Shown piece after piece: positions 17,692 through 28,184 of a stretch of DNA of 57,014 bases. The notes beneath the pieces were generated by a model, which worked only from the letters and a program-made list of their open reading frames with translations, did no database searches and was not told the DNA's origin. The stretch lies in the IMG/VR virus record IMGVR_UViG_3300005805_000106, positions 1-57,014 of that record, one strand, 5' to 3'. This stretch comes from a virus (lineage: Duplodnaviria; Caudoviricetes). The stretch's first letter is position 1. The number at the start of each line of letters is the position of its first letter. Both the position numbers and the translations under genes were made by a program.

Positions 17692-20600
17692 ATGAACGAA
17701 ATGTTTGAATACAAATCAACTTCGATTGGTGCTGGTGATTCAAAGTCGGGTGCAATAGATATAGATAATGCTCAGGGAATAGTTGAGTGTTTTGTTGCTG
17801 GCATTGGAAATAGGGACTCGGTTGGCGACATTGTTGCAACTGGAGCATTTACCAAGAGCCTTCAGCGCCGAAAGCCACGTGTTGTTTGGGGCCATAACTG
17901 GAATGACCCAATCGGAAAAGTCCTGGAAATCTACGAGGTTCCAACCACGGACCCGCGGTTGCCGATGAAAATGAAAATGGCAGGGATTGGTGGTCTTTTC
18001 GCAAGGGTCCAATTCAACCTGCAATCAGAAAAGGGCAGAGAGGCGTTCGCAAACGTAGCATTCTTTGGTGAGGAGCAAGAATGGTCAATTGGATACAAGA
18101 CCCTTCGTGCCCAATTCGACCAGAAATCGCAAGCAAACGTCATCTATGAGCTTGAGCTTTATGAGGTATCTCCTGTTTTGCATGGAGCCAATCAGCTAAC
18201 TGGGACTATTTCCGTTAAGGCTGACACAATGCCTGGAGCCGTGGTTGAGATGGATAACCCCGGCCCAATGGCAATCAATAGGGCTGAGATGGAGACACAG
18301 CTATCGCAAGTCATTGGAGCCAAGGTATCTGTCATGGATGTCAATGACGACATGGTTACTTTTGCCAGACGTGAATCCGATGGAAATGTCGGAAGATACA
18401 AGTGCCACTTCAACCACAATAATGGAAGGTTCATGTTTGGCGCTCCACAGCGGATAGTTGTAGTAGCACCAGCCCCACAGGCGCCAGCCCCACAACAGGG
18501 AATGCCTAGCGGTACGCCACCGATGCACAGCACAATGCCACGCGTTGGCCCTGTTGTAATGCGTCCCACACAAATGCCAGCTATCCCCGTAGCCATTAAA
18601 CCCGGCCCGGACGGAATGACAATCGTTCCTCTTCCCCCAGTTCAGTATGACAGCTCGGACAGTTCCGGAAGAAGCCCAGATTTTGATGCCAACAATCTAG
18701 ATAAAGAGGAGTCAGACCTACGTGACGCCCTATTGAAGATTGTGAAGAGGCATGGCAAGTTCAATCAGGACTCAGAGGGTGTGTGGGCTGGATATAAACC
18801 AGCAGCACAAAACCCGGTATCAGGAATAGGCGTGAAATGTGCTAACTGCGTCTTCTACCAGGGTGGTTCGAGCTGCAAGATAATCGACATGGAGATTGAG
18901 GCTGAAGGAAAATGCAGATTTGCCGTAATACCAAACGGCGTTGTAAAGGGTGACTTTGCTTCAAAAAAGAGTTTTGAAGTAGCGCAAGAAATAACCGAAG
19001 ATGAGTTCATAGCAGAACTAGAATTCAAATACCCAGGAGAACTTGCCGTTGCAGCGCTTCGTGGGGCGGTTGGAATGAAGAGGCGCCGGCGTCGTAGGTT
19101 TAAGAATCTGGCGGAGTTTGGTATGCCGGACGACGGAACGGAAGAAAAAGCATACTGCATCCCCGTAGCACCAGAATTTGCTTTCCAGGTAAAGCAGGCT
19201 CTCGACCCAATTTTTGACTACCACTATGCAGAGTCGTTTGTTGACCCAGAGGGAATAGTAATCACATCCGGTGTTACGTACGATTTGATTGACGCCGTAG
19301 ACACAGCGCTCGACAATTTAAAAAAAAAAATATTAAATGACAATGGCCTAGAGGAAAAAGCCCTCGGCTACAGGCTTGGAAGGGCGCTCGGTGCCCGATT
19401 AATAGATAGACCGAATCTCGGCGGTCGACGTGGTGGGTTTGGCGGTAGAGGTCTCGGGATGCCAAACGGCGACCTTAACCCCAAAACAAGACGCGACTCA
19501 AACCTAAACGGAATTATTTTCGACAACATTCCAGGATGGGAACAGCCAGACCCGACACCAAATGACCCCGGTTCAATCAATAACCCAGACCCATCAGCGG
19601 AACAATTAGTTGACTCCGCACGAGATGCGGGCCCAGGAAAACTTTCTTCCGGCGAAATAGGTGGAAAATTCAATACTGAAGGAATGGACCCAAAGATACT
19701 GGCGCGCCTAAACAAGCACCTTGATGAGCGCATTAGGTATGAGGGTCAAATAATGACCAACCGCGAACTTTATGAAAATATAGGAGTAGGTAAAGGCAAA
19801 TACGGATACATCACGCCAAGTGGAAAAACAAGCACAAAATACAAAATTTACGCCGATATGGACAAGGGTTCATATTGGGAGGTTCCAAAAGTTGTTTATG
19901 ACTCGTTTGTTCCTAATTCAAACATAGATACAGACGAAACAGACAAAAATATTACCTCTGCTGCCCGGCCGGATAGAATTAGCGACAGACTTGCATCCGG
20001 CGGACCACAGGCTGCCTATGCGCAACGCTCAAAATTTGATACAAGAAATAGCAAGCTTGCTAATGAAATGTTTTGGAGCCCTGAAAATGGTGGAACGGTT
20101 TCCGTTACCGACAAGGACGGAAAAGTACGTAAATTCACTGGTATCGACTATGAGCGTGCCAGAAAAGCCGGCGCGGCCGCAATTGATAAAGATGACGGCA
20201 TAGATGATTTCATCCGCGAGTTGAGCGGTACGGCAAAGGGGCAGCCCGACCAAAAACCAAATCAAATATCAGATAAGTACAGAAACTACCTAGACAAACT
20301 TCCCAACGAGCGCACAGAAGAAGAGAAAGTTTATTTTGACGGCGCACTGCATAAGTACGCCAAGAGATTGGCGTCGGGTCAGAAGACCGAACTTACGCTT
20401 AAAGAGGGAGAGGAGGCGATAAAGACACAGTACGCGGAAATGGCTGCAGCCGTGCTGAAAGACATGCAAGAGGCAGCAAAAAGTAAAAACAAGAAAACAT
20501 GGAAGACGCCATGGAGAACTATGTTCCTAGGCGTACGAAACCCAACGACAAACAACAGGGCATACGAGGGCTCCAATAGGGTTGCGCTTGCCGCGGTGGC

Positions 20601-23600
20601 AAGAGCGCGTGGATACCAGACAAATAAATGGGCTGGTGCAGCACAGTGGAAGGCGATGGGTGGGAAAATATCGCCCAGCGTTCTTGAAAATCGCGGTGTT
20701 GTAATTCTTGCTCCAGATAAATGGTTAACTCCGATTACGGATAATAATGGAACGGTTATAGGTCAAAAACGCGGATTCCATCCAACTGTCGTATATAACG
20801 TCGCCGATGTTAAGGGTCTTGCGCCCGAGATGTACGAAGATAAGCCATTAGACAATCTTTCTGAATCAGAACGTGTTGAGCAGCTAGAAGATGTAATTAA
20901 GGAAATTCAGCAAGCAACCGGAATGAGATGGCAAGAATCTGGCCAGAGTGCATACTTTTCGCCGGTTGCAGATGAAATTAAAATGCCACCGTTTACAACT
21001 TTCAACTCTCCCCAAGATTTCTATGGAACCCTATTTCATGAAATGGTTCACTGGACTGGCCATACAACGCGCCTGAACAGAAAAGCAATACAAGATATTG
21101 TTAATACTGGTTCAATTGATGATGCGACGAGGGGTTTCGAGGAGCTGGTGGCAGAAATAGGTTCCGTCTTTGCGATGGGCCTTCTTGGTCTAGAGCCAGG
21201 AGTCAGGGAGGACCACATTCCCTACCTCCAGCACTGGATTGCGCATTTGCAAAATGACCCAACAGCGCTTGAGAGGGCAATTCAACTAGCGCAGCAGGGT
21301 GTCGACTATTTGATGGACCGCTCGCCAACACTGCGTCGTGTTGCTGGCAAGAGAGATAATGAAAGAAAAGGCACATCTGGATTCATCATCGATACGCCAC
21401 TCACCGGCAGAAGAGAACTGCCAGATAAGTGGTGGGAGAAACTCAGCATTGAAGCCAAAAAAATACCTGGCCTGCAGAAACGGCACAACAACGTCGAAAG
21501 CATCAATGACCCAGAGCAAAGACCGCAAAAGAAAACAAGAACCGTCAAAGGTGCTGGCTCAAAAGCAGAAAAAACCAAGAGAAACATCGAGCGGGCGGCA
21601 AAATCCGCGGCTGACGAAAGAATGTCAAGCGGAAGAAACTGGCAAGATAATGTTTCAAATTCGCCAACACGCGATGACGACGGCAACGTAATTGACGACC
21701 TCGGGAGACTTGCCAGTGGTGGAACTGGCCCAATCAAGAGCGTCGATGGTGACCCAGAAAAAGATATTGCGCGCTTACCGGAAGATTTCAGCTTCCGTGA
21801 AATGCATGGCGTCAGATATGAGCCATCCGCAGAACAGAGAGTCATATCGGAAATTGCTCTTGGGTTGCTTTTTGATAAAAAGAATCCGAAACGCATAATG
21901 GCAATTAGTGCTGGCGCCGGTACGGGCAAAACAACAACTCTGCAAAATACGATGATGGCCCTTAAGCATGAATTCTTGCTTCACGATTCCCTATTCCGTG
22001 CTGGTAATGAAAATAGATTAGACAGAAAACTAAAATATCTAAAAGACAAGTACGGAATTACCCCAAGAGTTAGCAAGCCAACGGCGGAACGCGGTAGCGA
22101 AGAGTACTTTCAGCAAATAACAGCTTTTAAGAACGACATCATTCAGCTCGCAAGAGAAGCCGGATTTAACCCAGAGCCAAATGGGTACTACACGGTTTTC
22201 AACCGTGATGCACAGGGCGACGCTGCCCCCAATACGCCTGATAATACAGGCGTTGCAACGGTATCTAAATTTACGTGGTGGTCAATGATGATGGGCCAGT
22301 TGGACGAGAAATTCGGCCCCGAACTCAAAGAAAAATTAAAACTAATGCTTCAACGCGATGTGCGCGCTCGCACTTTTGAAAAAGGTCCAGATGGAAAAAT
22401 ATTAATAGACCCAGCTACTGGAAGAAGGGTGTATAAAAAATTTGAAGCACCGCACAAAACTGAAAAAAACCCAGACGGCACGCCGAGAATTGTGGTCACC
22501 AATGGACTGCCGGCAACTCCAGAAGAACTCGGCTATCAAGATGTTAAGAATCAAAGCACATTTATAAACCCCCTACGCCTAGAAAGTCGATTCGGCATCT
22601 CTAGTTCTGAGAAAAAGTGGAGAACAGATAGAGTTGTCGAGGCGCCGAGCGAATTTCCCGCCATTGTTGAAACAACGAAAAAAGGGCCTCGCGGCGGAAC
22701 GGAAAAAATTAGACAGCTAGAAATGGTTGACAAACTAACACCCAATGAATATGTTTATGCGCTGAGAAATGCGCTAAATAGATTCATGAACAGCGAAGAT
22801 AGTGAAATTAGTGCAAAACACTTCATACCGACCGGTATGTATAGAAGACATGAAGTTGATTCGCCAAAAGACGACCCCACAAAAGCCCAGGATTACGACT
22901 GGATAGACGAAAAATTAATACCGGACTCTTGGGTAAAAGATGCACAAGAGATGTGGTCGCTATATATAGACCCAAATTCAACAGTGCTACCGAATCAAAA
23001 CATTGTGGACAAGCTTTGGTCTTTATCTGACCCCGACCTCACGTCCGACCCGGGCTTACTTGGAAATACACCCGGAGTAGACCTTCTTGATGTAAACCTA
23101 CCAGGCACATTCAAGATAGGCGACATAGTGGATAGGGGGGACGGAAAAACTTGGGTTGTCAGGAGCATAAGTGGTGCCGCCGGTGGAGACCAAAAAGGAA
23201 ATGTATCGAAAAAAAATAAGGTTCAAATAGCCGTTCAATATGGAACAAAAGATAATCCACTTGGTGTCTTTTATATAGACGAAGCGCAGGACCTAAACCC
23301 GGCAATTGTATCTGTCTTGCAAAAACACGCAGGAAAAATAAACCTAATCCTTGTTGGTGACGACAGACAAAAGGTTTATGGATTTAGAGATGTTGTTAAC
23401 TCAATGGCCCTTGTCCCGGCTGATTATCGTCCGGAAATCAAGGAGTCACGGCGTTACGGTTCAACAATACAAAACCTAGCGAACCTTGTACTCGCGAATG
23501 AAAACCTAGAAGACGAACGAGATGGAACAGAAGGACCATTCAAGCATGTAATTGGTTTAGCAGAAGCAGTAATAGAAAAAGATTTTGATTTTAACTTTGA

Positions 23601-26600
23601 CCATATTGCAGACCCGGAAGAGGCAAGACAGGCTCGCGTAGAAAAATTATTTGATAACGACGGAAAATACCATGAAAGAAGGTTGGAGCTACTCACGGAT
23701 GCCGTTTACTCACAGCTGACATTTTCCCCCGATGCCACCCTTGACGAAAAGAAACAAAGACTTGCCGAAATTCAGCAGGAGTATGGGGTAGCGCTTAAAT
23801 CAAAAGGTGGACAGGGTCAAAAAACAATTGACTTAACAAAACTTAGTGATGATGAGATAAATAGCTGGTCGGAATTGCGCGGCACCGAAAAACAACCACT
23901 TCGCCAAGTAGTGCTTGGGAAAATAAGCGCATACATAAACGAGTCAACAAAAAGTCTATATGAATTATATAAAGAAACTCAAAACGAGACGGATGATAAA
24001 AAGAAAAAAGTAGCCGAAGATGCTTTCGCAAATGAATTACGACTAAGAAAGAGAATCCTGCTGGATGATGCACGGGGAACAATAACAGATGACCCATATG
24101 TTCGACATGATGCAATTCTTGCTGCTACAAACGAGGGGGTTTTAGCAGAAGCAATACTAGCAATGAGCTCAGTTCCGCTTCGCTATGACACAAATGGAAA
24201 CATCATCCCAGCAACCATAGCAATATCATCCACAAAACATGCAGAGATGATTGCATGGATTGACCACATGAATTGGGTACTAATGGTGGAAAAGGGCATA
24301 CTTACTAAGGATTCTCCAAAGCCAAGGAAATCTGAGTACATAGGTGGAATATGGGACTTCGGCGGAGTAATGCAAAAGGCAATGCAGGGTGGTAAAGATG
24401 CTGCACAACACCGCACGCTTCTTAGCCTCTGGCAACAGGGGATAGAAAACCCGGATGACCCCGACAATCCCCTCATCCCGGCGGGGGCGCCACTTTCCTA
24501 TTGGAGAGATTTGCTGGCACAGTCCCCAAGGGATGTGGCTGATATTAATCAGAAATGGATTGAGTGGGCAGAACAGAACCCTATTACCGTTCCCGGTAAG
24601 CCCCCCAAAGCAAGAACGCCCCTTCCGGAAATAAAGGGCAGTTTAGTTCCAGCAAGAAATAGAAGACACGGACTGGAATTTGTCAAAGAAACACAGGATA
24701 CGTTGACAGAGAAGTCAATGTTAGCAGCGCCAGCCAGGGCGGGCGGTGGACGTGGTCAGGGTGGTGCACGTACGCGCGGAACTGCTTACCAAATTTTCGG
24801 ACCGGGAAAACAACATAGTTCACTCGAAGAAATTTCATGGAAACTTGAGCTAGATGAAAACAATAATTGGACAGGCGCAGTAATTGTTTACGGACGCGGA
24901 CTACAGGCAATCAACCGGACTGAGCAATTAGACCTTCCAGTACAAATTATCGAAGACCCACAAAATCCCGGGTCGTACATCAGAAAAAGCTTAATAACGA
25001 CCGCTCAGGGCATATATAGAAAAGACTTAATAGATATTCTTGAGAGAACAAATTACTTTGAAGACAAAGTAAAAGTCGTGCCGAGAATAGTACCTAGCAA
25101 AAACATGAAAAATGCAGATGGTTCCGGCTCCGCCCCAGCGGGTTACTTTGATGGCGTCCGCATACAGGGAGCTGATGCTAAGGAAACAGCAGAAATATTA
25201 AACCGTCTGAGGGGCGCTTTAGTTAAGTCCGCAGAAGAAGTTAATGCGGACACGGAGGTAACAACATTTCAGCTATCAAAAGGACGGGAATGGAATTCAG
25301 TAAAACTTGGCGAGGACTTTACCCTTGTTCCCGGTCCTCGGCTTGAAAAGGACAATCCGTGGGTAGAAAAAATCGACCCCGAAGGACCAGACACCCCAGA
25401 CAATCTTAGATGGAAGATAGACCCACGCACCGGAAAACCGCTAACTGCGGAGAAAAGGAGGGAGGGTCTTCACAATGCATATGTTGCAATCACAAGAGCA
25501 AAACGGCGCATTGACCCTGGTAGTGCGATTTCCGGTTTGGTTTTAGCAGAAAAAGTTACGCAAAAAGAAAAGGAAGCAATAAAAAGAGCGATAGCCGACG
25601 GAAGGATGGCTCCAGAGTTTGATATTCCGGATAATTTAAATAATCCGTATGATGGTGGCGAACAATCTAAAAGAGTTCTAGTACCACAATTTGACCCAAA
25701 CATTGATGCCAGGGAGGCAATTGATGGAGAAAAGTGGTTTGGCACACCAGACACCACTGACGTTCCACGTCCAAATGATGATGATGAATTGGGTGAGGCT
25801 GACGAGGACACTTCAATTGGAATTTCTGATATAGATGAAAATTTTGATATGTTGGAGCAAGAGCGTGAGTCCGAGTCAGCTTCGGATGTGCAAGTCGACG
25901 AAACCGATATAGACGATGATGAAATCGGAAGGCTGTCGTCCGGAATATCCGTTACACAAAATAACCGCGCCGACAGAAGAAGACGCGTCTATTCACAACT
26001 ACGTCGTGGGGATATAGAGTACCAAACAACAAGACCGGGCCAGAAGCGCGTAGTTGGAATGGGTGAAAAATTAAGAGCGTTCCTAGATATAAGACCATTG
26101 AACTCTGACGACCGCGCCGACCGTGAGGCAGCCCAGTATGCCCTGGAAGAGTCAATGCAATTGTGGGACATATTTAGACAAACAGGAATTGCCCTAGACG
26201 TTGGCCCAGCCGATATAAGTCCAGAATCTTCAGCGAGAAAAAAGGCCGTAAGAGATGGCATAGAGGCTGTTGGCGAATTAATGCGTGGCCGTAAGGTCGC
26301 CATTGGAAATATATCTACAAATAATAATCCAGAAAATCAATCAAAAGACAAATGGATGCTACCGGTAGACAAACTGCTTGAAGCAATTAGATTCCCCACT
26401 AACTGGAAAAAAACAGAAACAGAAACGGCCAAGAGAATTGAATATCTACCCGGGTATGTATCACCGGATGACAAGAAAAACAGGTCTGATGACTTAGTAG
26501 AAACGCAATCAAGAATAGACGTATCTGAGTCAAGAAATTTAACCCTGGACGAGCTAGCAACAATGCTTGGTATATCAGGAAAAGATAAAGAAAGCAGAGA

Positions 26601-28020
26601 GGCTAGAGAGGCGCTTGGCAGGCCTGGCGCCGGAATCAGCCATGCAGATATGCACTTTCTACTGGGCGCCCTCGCTGAAGCAGCTTCACCAGACAAAGAG
26701 CAACGTAGCACTGGTATTGTCAAAAAAGGGTTTAGATACTTCCCTCAATGGAAACTTTTCGGCGCAGTCGATGGAGATGACTGGCAAAATCTCGATATGA
26801 AGAATCCACTTGAAGCATTAGAGCTTGGTATCAGGCGCGGCGAAATGAGAGACAGATTTATCATTGAAACATTTGGCAAAGATGCATTTCCTCTTTGGTT
26901 TGACAGAACAGAAGGTTCACTGATTGATGGAATAAGAAGTGGAATGGTCATCGACCAGGATGCATACGACGAGCTTGAAACACTTGGGCGCGATGGCCAG
27001 AGAGCTAGATTCCTGGCACAGGGAAGATTTGATAGAGAAGACGGAAGCCTCGGCATGGAGTCACGTGCCGACGATGAACTGATTTACGGCGGAACGGATA
27101 ATCCCACGATTGGAAAATTATCGCCGGATGATATGGGTGTATCAAGGGAAGAATTTAATTCTATATTTGACCCCGGCTCCGATGATTCGCCAGTATCAGA
27201 AAAAGTTCAGCGCGGGGAATTAAATATCGAGCCGTTGCTTGATTATTTCGGAATACAGAAAAAGGGTGACTGGAGAGGCAATCTCCGCCTAAGACTCGTT
27301 AAAGAATTTGGAAAAACGGGAGAAAGCTCACAGGTTCCAGGATTTACCAAAGATGAGGAGTGGTCGACGTCTGGTGTCCCGACAGCGTGGGTCCAAATAA
27401 TGATACAACGGGGAATTATCCCCTCAGCGTCGGCCATATGGAAAGAAAATAGGGCTGGCGAACGCCTTGATGATGAACTATCGCTTAGGACGGCTGCTGT
27501 AACAGAGGCGCTGCTTGGCTTCATCAATAGAGGCTCGCTGAGGGATTCGGAGTATTTCAATCCTAAAAACATTCAACAAATCCTTAAGAATGCTGGTTAC
27601 GCTAAACTCCTGCGCGCAGAGGCAGATGCTCGCGGTCCCGTATTTGCACCTAGAAAGGGAGATGCTCCAAGATACTCCCGTCGCCAATTACAGGACGTTG
27701 TTAACAGATTTAATGAAGTATTTGGAACAGAATACACAATCGATGATATTTTTAGCGATGAACAACTGCGTCAAGCTAGACAAAGAATTGAAAACGGCGA
27801 AGTGAGCGTGCCGAAGCCGGTTAAAAAAGCAAATGTAAAAATTAAGAAGCTTCCGAGTGACGACGGCAGGCTTGAGGTTCGCTGGGTTGACGCTGATGGA
27901 AAGACACAACAAGAATATTTCAACACCTTCGATGACGCCGAAAAACGCAAGAAGGCGATTGTTGCAATGCTTGAAGGCGCTACAGAGGAAATTCAGGACA
28001 GCGGGGACGACGAAGAGTAG
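17692..28020 (+). CDS. Giant polyvalent protein: HK97-type prohead protease + Cys4 domain + ArdC-like ssDNA-binding/zincin + SF1 (UvrD-like) helicase + C-terminal Arm-type DNA-binding-like domain
   Basis: DSVGDIV..GAF, WGHNWNDPIG, WSIGY, LYEVSPVLHGAN (protease); WKTPW, YEGSN, VYNVADV, HEMVHWTGH, EELVAEIG (ArdC); AGAGTGKTT, IDEAQD, VGDDRQ, SRRYG, SKGREW, YVAITRAK (helicase). Confidence 0.85.
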   Translation: MNEMFEYKSTSIGAGDSKSGAIDIDNAQGIVECFVAGIGNRDSVGDIVATGAFTKSLQRRKPRVVWGHNWNDPIGKVLEIYEVPTTDPRLPMKMKMAGIGGLFARVQFNLQSEKGREAFANVAFFGEEQEWSIGYKTLRAQFDQKSQANVIYELELYEVSPVLHGANQLTGTISVKADTMPGAVVEMDNPGPMAINRAEMETQLSQVIGAKVSVMDVNDDMVTFARRESDGNVGRYKCHFNHNNGRFMFGAPQRIVVVAPAPQAPAPQQGMPSGTPPMHSTMPRVGPVVMRPTQMPAIPVAIKPGPDGMTIVPLPPVQYDSSDSSGRSPDFDANNLDKEESDLRDALLKIVKRHGKFNQDSEGVWAGYKPAAQNPVSGIGVKCANCVFYQGGSSCKIIDMEIEAEGKCRFAVIPNGVVKGDFASKKSFEVAQEITEDEFIAELEFKYPGELAVAALRGAVGMKRRRRRRFKNLAEFGMPDDGTEEKAYCIPVAPEFAFQVKQALDPIFDYHYAESFVDPEGIVITSGVTYDLIDAVDTALDNLKKKILNDNGLEEKALGYRLGRALGARLIDRPNLGGRRGGFGGRGLGMPNGDLNPKTRRDSNLNGIIFDNIPGWEQPDPTPNDPGSINNPDPSAEQLVDSARDAGPGKLSSGEIGGKFNTEGMDPKILARLNKHLDERIRYEGQIMTNRELYENIGVGKGKYGYITPSGKTSTKYKIYADMDKGSYWEVPKVVYDSFVPNSNIDTDETDKNITSAARPDRISDRLASGGPQAAYAQRSKFDTRNSKLANEMFWSPENGGTVSVTDKDGKVRKFTGIDYERARKAGAAAIDKDDGIDDFIRELSGTAKGQPDQKPNQISDKYRNYLDKLPNERTEEEKVYFDGALHKYAKRLASGQKTELTLKEGEEAIKTQYAEMAAAVLKDMQEAAKSKNKKTWKTPWRTMFLGVRNPTTNNRAYEGSNRVALAAVARARGYQTNKWAGAAQWKAMGGKISPSVLENRGVVILAPDKWLTPITDNNGTVIGQKRGFHPTVVYNVADVKGLAPEMYEDKPLDNLSESERVEQLEDVIKEIQQATGMRWQESGQSAYFSPVADEIKMPPFTTFNSPQDFYGTLFHEMVHWTGHTTRLNRKAIQDIVNTGSIDDATRGFEELVAEIGSVFAMGLLGLEPGVREDHIPYLQHWIAHLQNDPTALERAIQLAQQGVDYLMDRSPTLRRVAGKRDNERKGTSGFIIDTPLTGRRELPDKWWEKLSIEAKKIPGLQKRHNNVESINDPEQRPQKKTRTVKGAGSKAEKTKRNIERAAKSAADERMSSGRNWQDNVSNSPTRDDDGNVIDDLGRLASGGTGPIKSVDGDPEKDIARLPEDFSFREMHGVRYEPSAEQRVISEIALGLLFDKKNPKRIMAISAGAGTGKTTTLQNTMMALKHEFLLHDSLFRAGNENRLDRKLKYLKDKYGITPRVSKPTAERGSEEYFQQITAFKNDIIQLAREAGFNPEPNGYYTVFNRDAQGDAAPNTPDNTGVATVSKFTWWSMMMGQLDEKFGPELKEKLKLMLQRDVRARTFEKGPDGKILIDPATGRRVYKKFEAPHKTEKNPDGTPRIVVTNGLPATPEELGYQDVKNQSTFINPLRLESRFGISSSEKKWRTDRVVEAPSEFPAIVETTKKGPRGGTEKIRQLEMVDKLTPNEYVYALRNALNRFMNSEDSEISAKHFIPTGMYRRHEVDSPKDDPTKAQDYDWIDEKLIPDSWVKDAQEMWSLYIDPNSTVLPNQNIVDKLWSLSDPDLTSDPGLLGNTPGVDLLDVNLPGTFKIGDIVDRGDGKTWVVRSISGAAGGDQKGNVSKKNKVQIAVQYGTKDNPLGVFYIDEAQDLNPAIVSVLQKHAGKINLILVGDDRQKVYGFRDVVNSMALVPADYRPEIKESRRYGSTIQNLANLVLANENLEDERDGTEGPFKHVIGLAEAVIEKDFDFNFDHIADPEEARQARVEKLFDNDGKYHERRLELLTDAVYSQLTFSPDATLDEKKQRLAEIQQEYGVALKSKGGQGQKTIDLTKLSDDEINSWSELRGTEKQPLRQVVLGKISAYINESTKSLYELYKETQNETDDKKKKVAEDAFANELRLRKRILLDDARGTITDDPYVRHDAILAATNEGVLAEAILAMSSVPLRYDTNGNIIPATIAISSTKHAEMIAWIDHMNWVLMVEKGILTKDSPKPRKSEYIGGIWDFGGVMQKAMQGGKDAAQHRTLLSLWQQGIENPDDPDNPLIPAGAPLSYWRDLLAQSPRDVADINQKWIEWAEQNPITVPGKPPKARTPLPEIKGSLVPARNRRHGLEFVKETQDTLTEKSMLAAPARAGGGRGQGGARTRGTAYQIFGPGKQHSSLEEISWKLELDENNNWTGAVIVYGRGLQAINRTEQLDLPVQIIEDPQNPGSYIRKSLITTAQGIYRKDLIDILERTNYFEDKVKVVPRIVPSKNMKNADGSGSAPAGYFDGVRIQGADAKETAEILNRLRGALVKSAEEVNADTEVTTFQLSKGREWNSVKLGEDFTLVPGPRLEKDNPWVEKIDPEGPDTPDNLRWKIDPRTGKPLTAEKRREGLHNAYVAITRAKRRIDPGSAISGLVLAEKVTQKEKEAIKRAIADGRMAPEFDIPDNLNNPYDGGEQSKRVLVPQFDPNIDAREAIDGEKWFGTPDTTDVPRPNDDDELGEADEDTSIGISDIDENFDMLEQERESESASDVQVDETDIDDDEIGRLSSGISVTQNNRADRRRRVYSQLRRGDIEYQTTRPGQKRVVGMGEKLRAFLDIRPLNSDDRADREAAQYALEESMQLWDIFRQTGIALDVGPADISPESSARKKAVRDGIEAVGELMRGRKVAIGNISTNNNPENQSKDKWMLPVDKLLEAIRFPTNWKKTETETAKRIEYLPGYVSPDDKKNRSDDLVETQSRIDVSESRNLTLDELATMLGISGKDKESREAREALGRPGAGISHADMHFLLGALAEAASPDKEQRSTGIVKKGFRYFPQWKLFGAVDGDDWQNLDMKNPLEALELGIRRGEMRDRFIIETFGKDAFPLWFDRTEGSLIDGIRSGMVIDQDAYDELETLGRDGQRARFLAQGRFDREDGSLGMESRADDELIYGGTDNPTIGKLSPDDMGVSREEFNSIFDPGSDDSPVSEKVQRGELNIEPLLDYFGIQKKGDWRGNLRLRLVKEFGKTGESSQVPGFTKDEEWSTSGVPTAWVQIMIQRGIIPSASAIWKENRAGERLDDELSLRTAAVTEALLGFINRGSLRDSEYFNPKNIQQILKNAGYAKLLRAEADARGPVFAPRKGDAPRYSRRQLQDVVNRFNEVFGTEYTIDDIFSDEQLRQARQRIENGEVSVPKPVKKANVKIKKLPSDDGRLEVRWVDADGKTQQEYFNTFDDAEKRKKAIVAMLEGATEEIQDSGDDEE

Positions 28021-28184
28021 CCAGGGCAAATTGTCTACTGCTATAGACATTTTTAATACACTATTGATGCTAAACTAAATGGTGATACTGCTTATCATTG
28101 CTGCGTTATCGTGATAGGTTATACTTAAAGATATTTCACAACGTTTGTCATCACTGACATTCATTGCACAAAATCAGGAGTTCT

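Noticed and set aside
21900-25510. Inteins explaining the expanded helicase (or in RNR/TerL)
   Set aside because: No convincing C/S...HN-[C/S/T] splice junctions or LAGLIDADG blocks seen; RNR and TerL are normal length
25930-25944. RLSSG as a ubiquitin-like RLRGG conjugation signal
   Set aside because: Superficial resemblance only; no di-glycine consensus and no E1/E2 or intact JAB domain recognised
27835-28020. Integrase or prophage boundary
   Set aside because: Only an arm-like fragment; no catalytic recombinase, att site or host genes recognised
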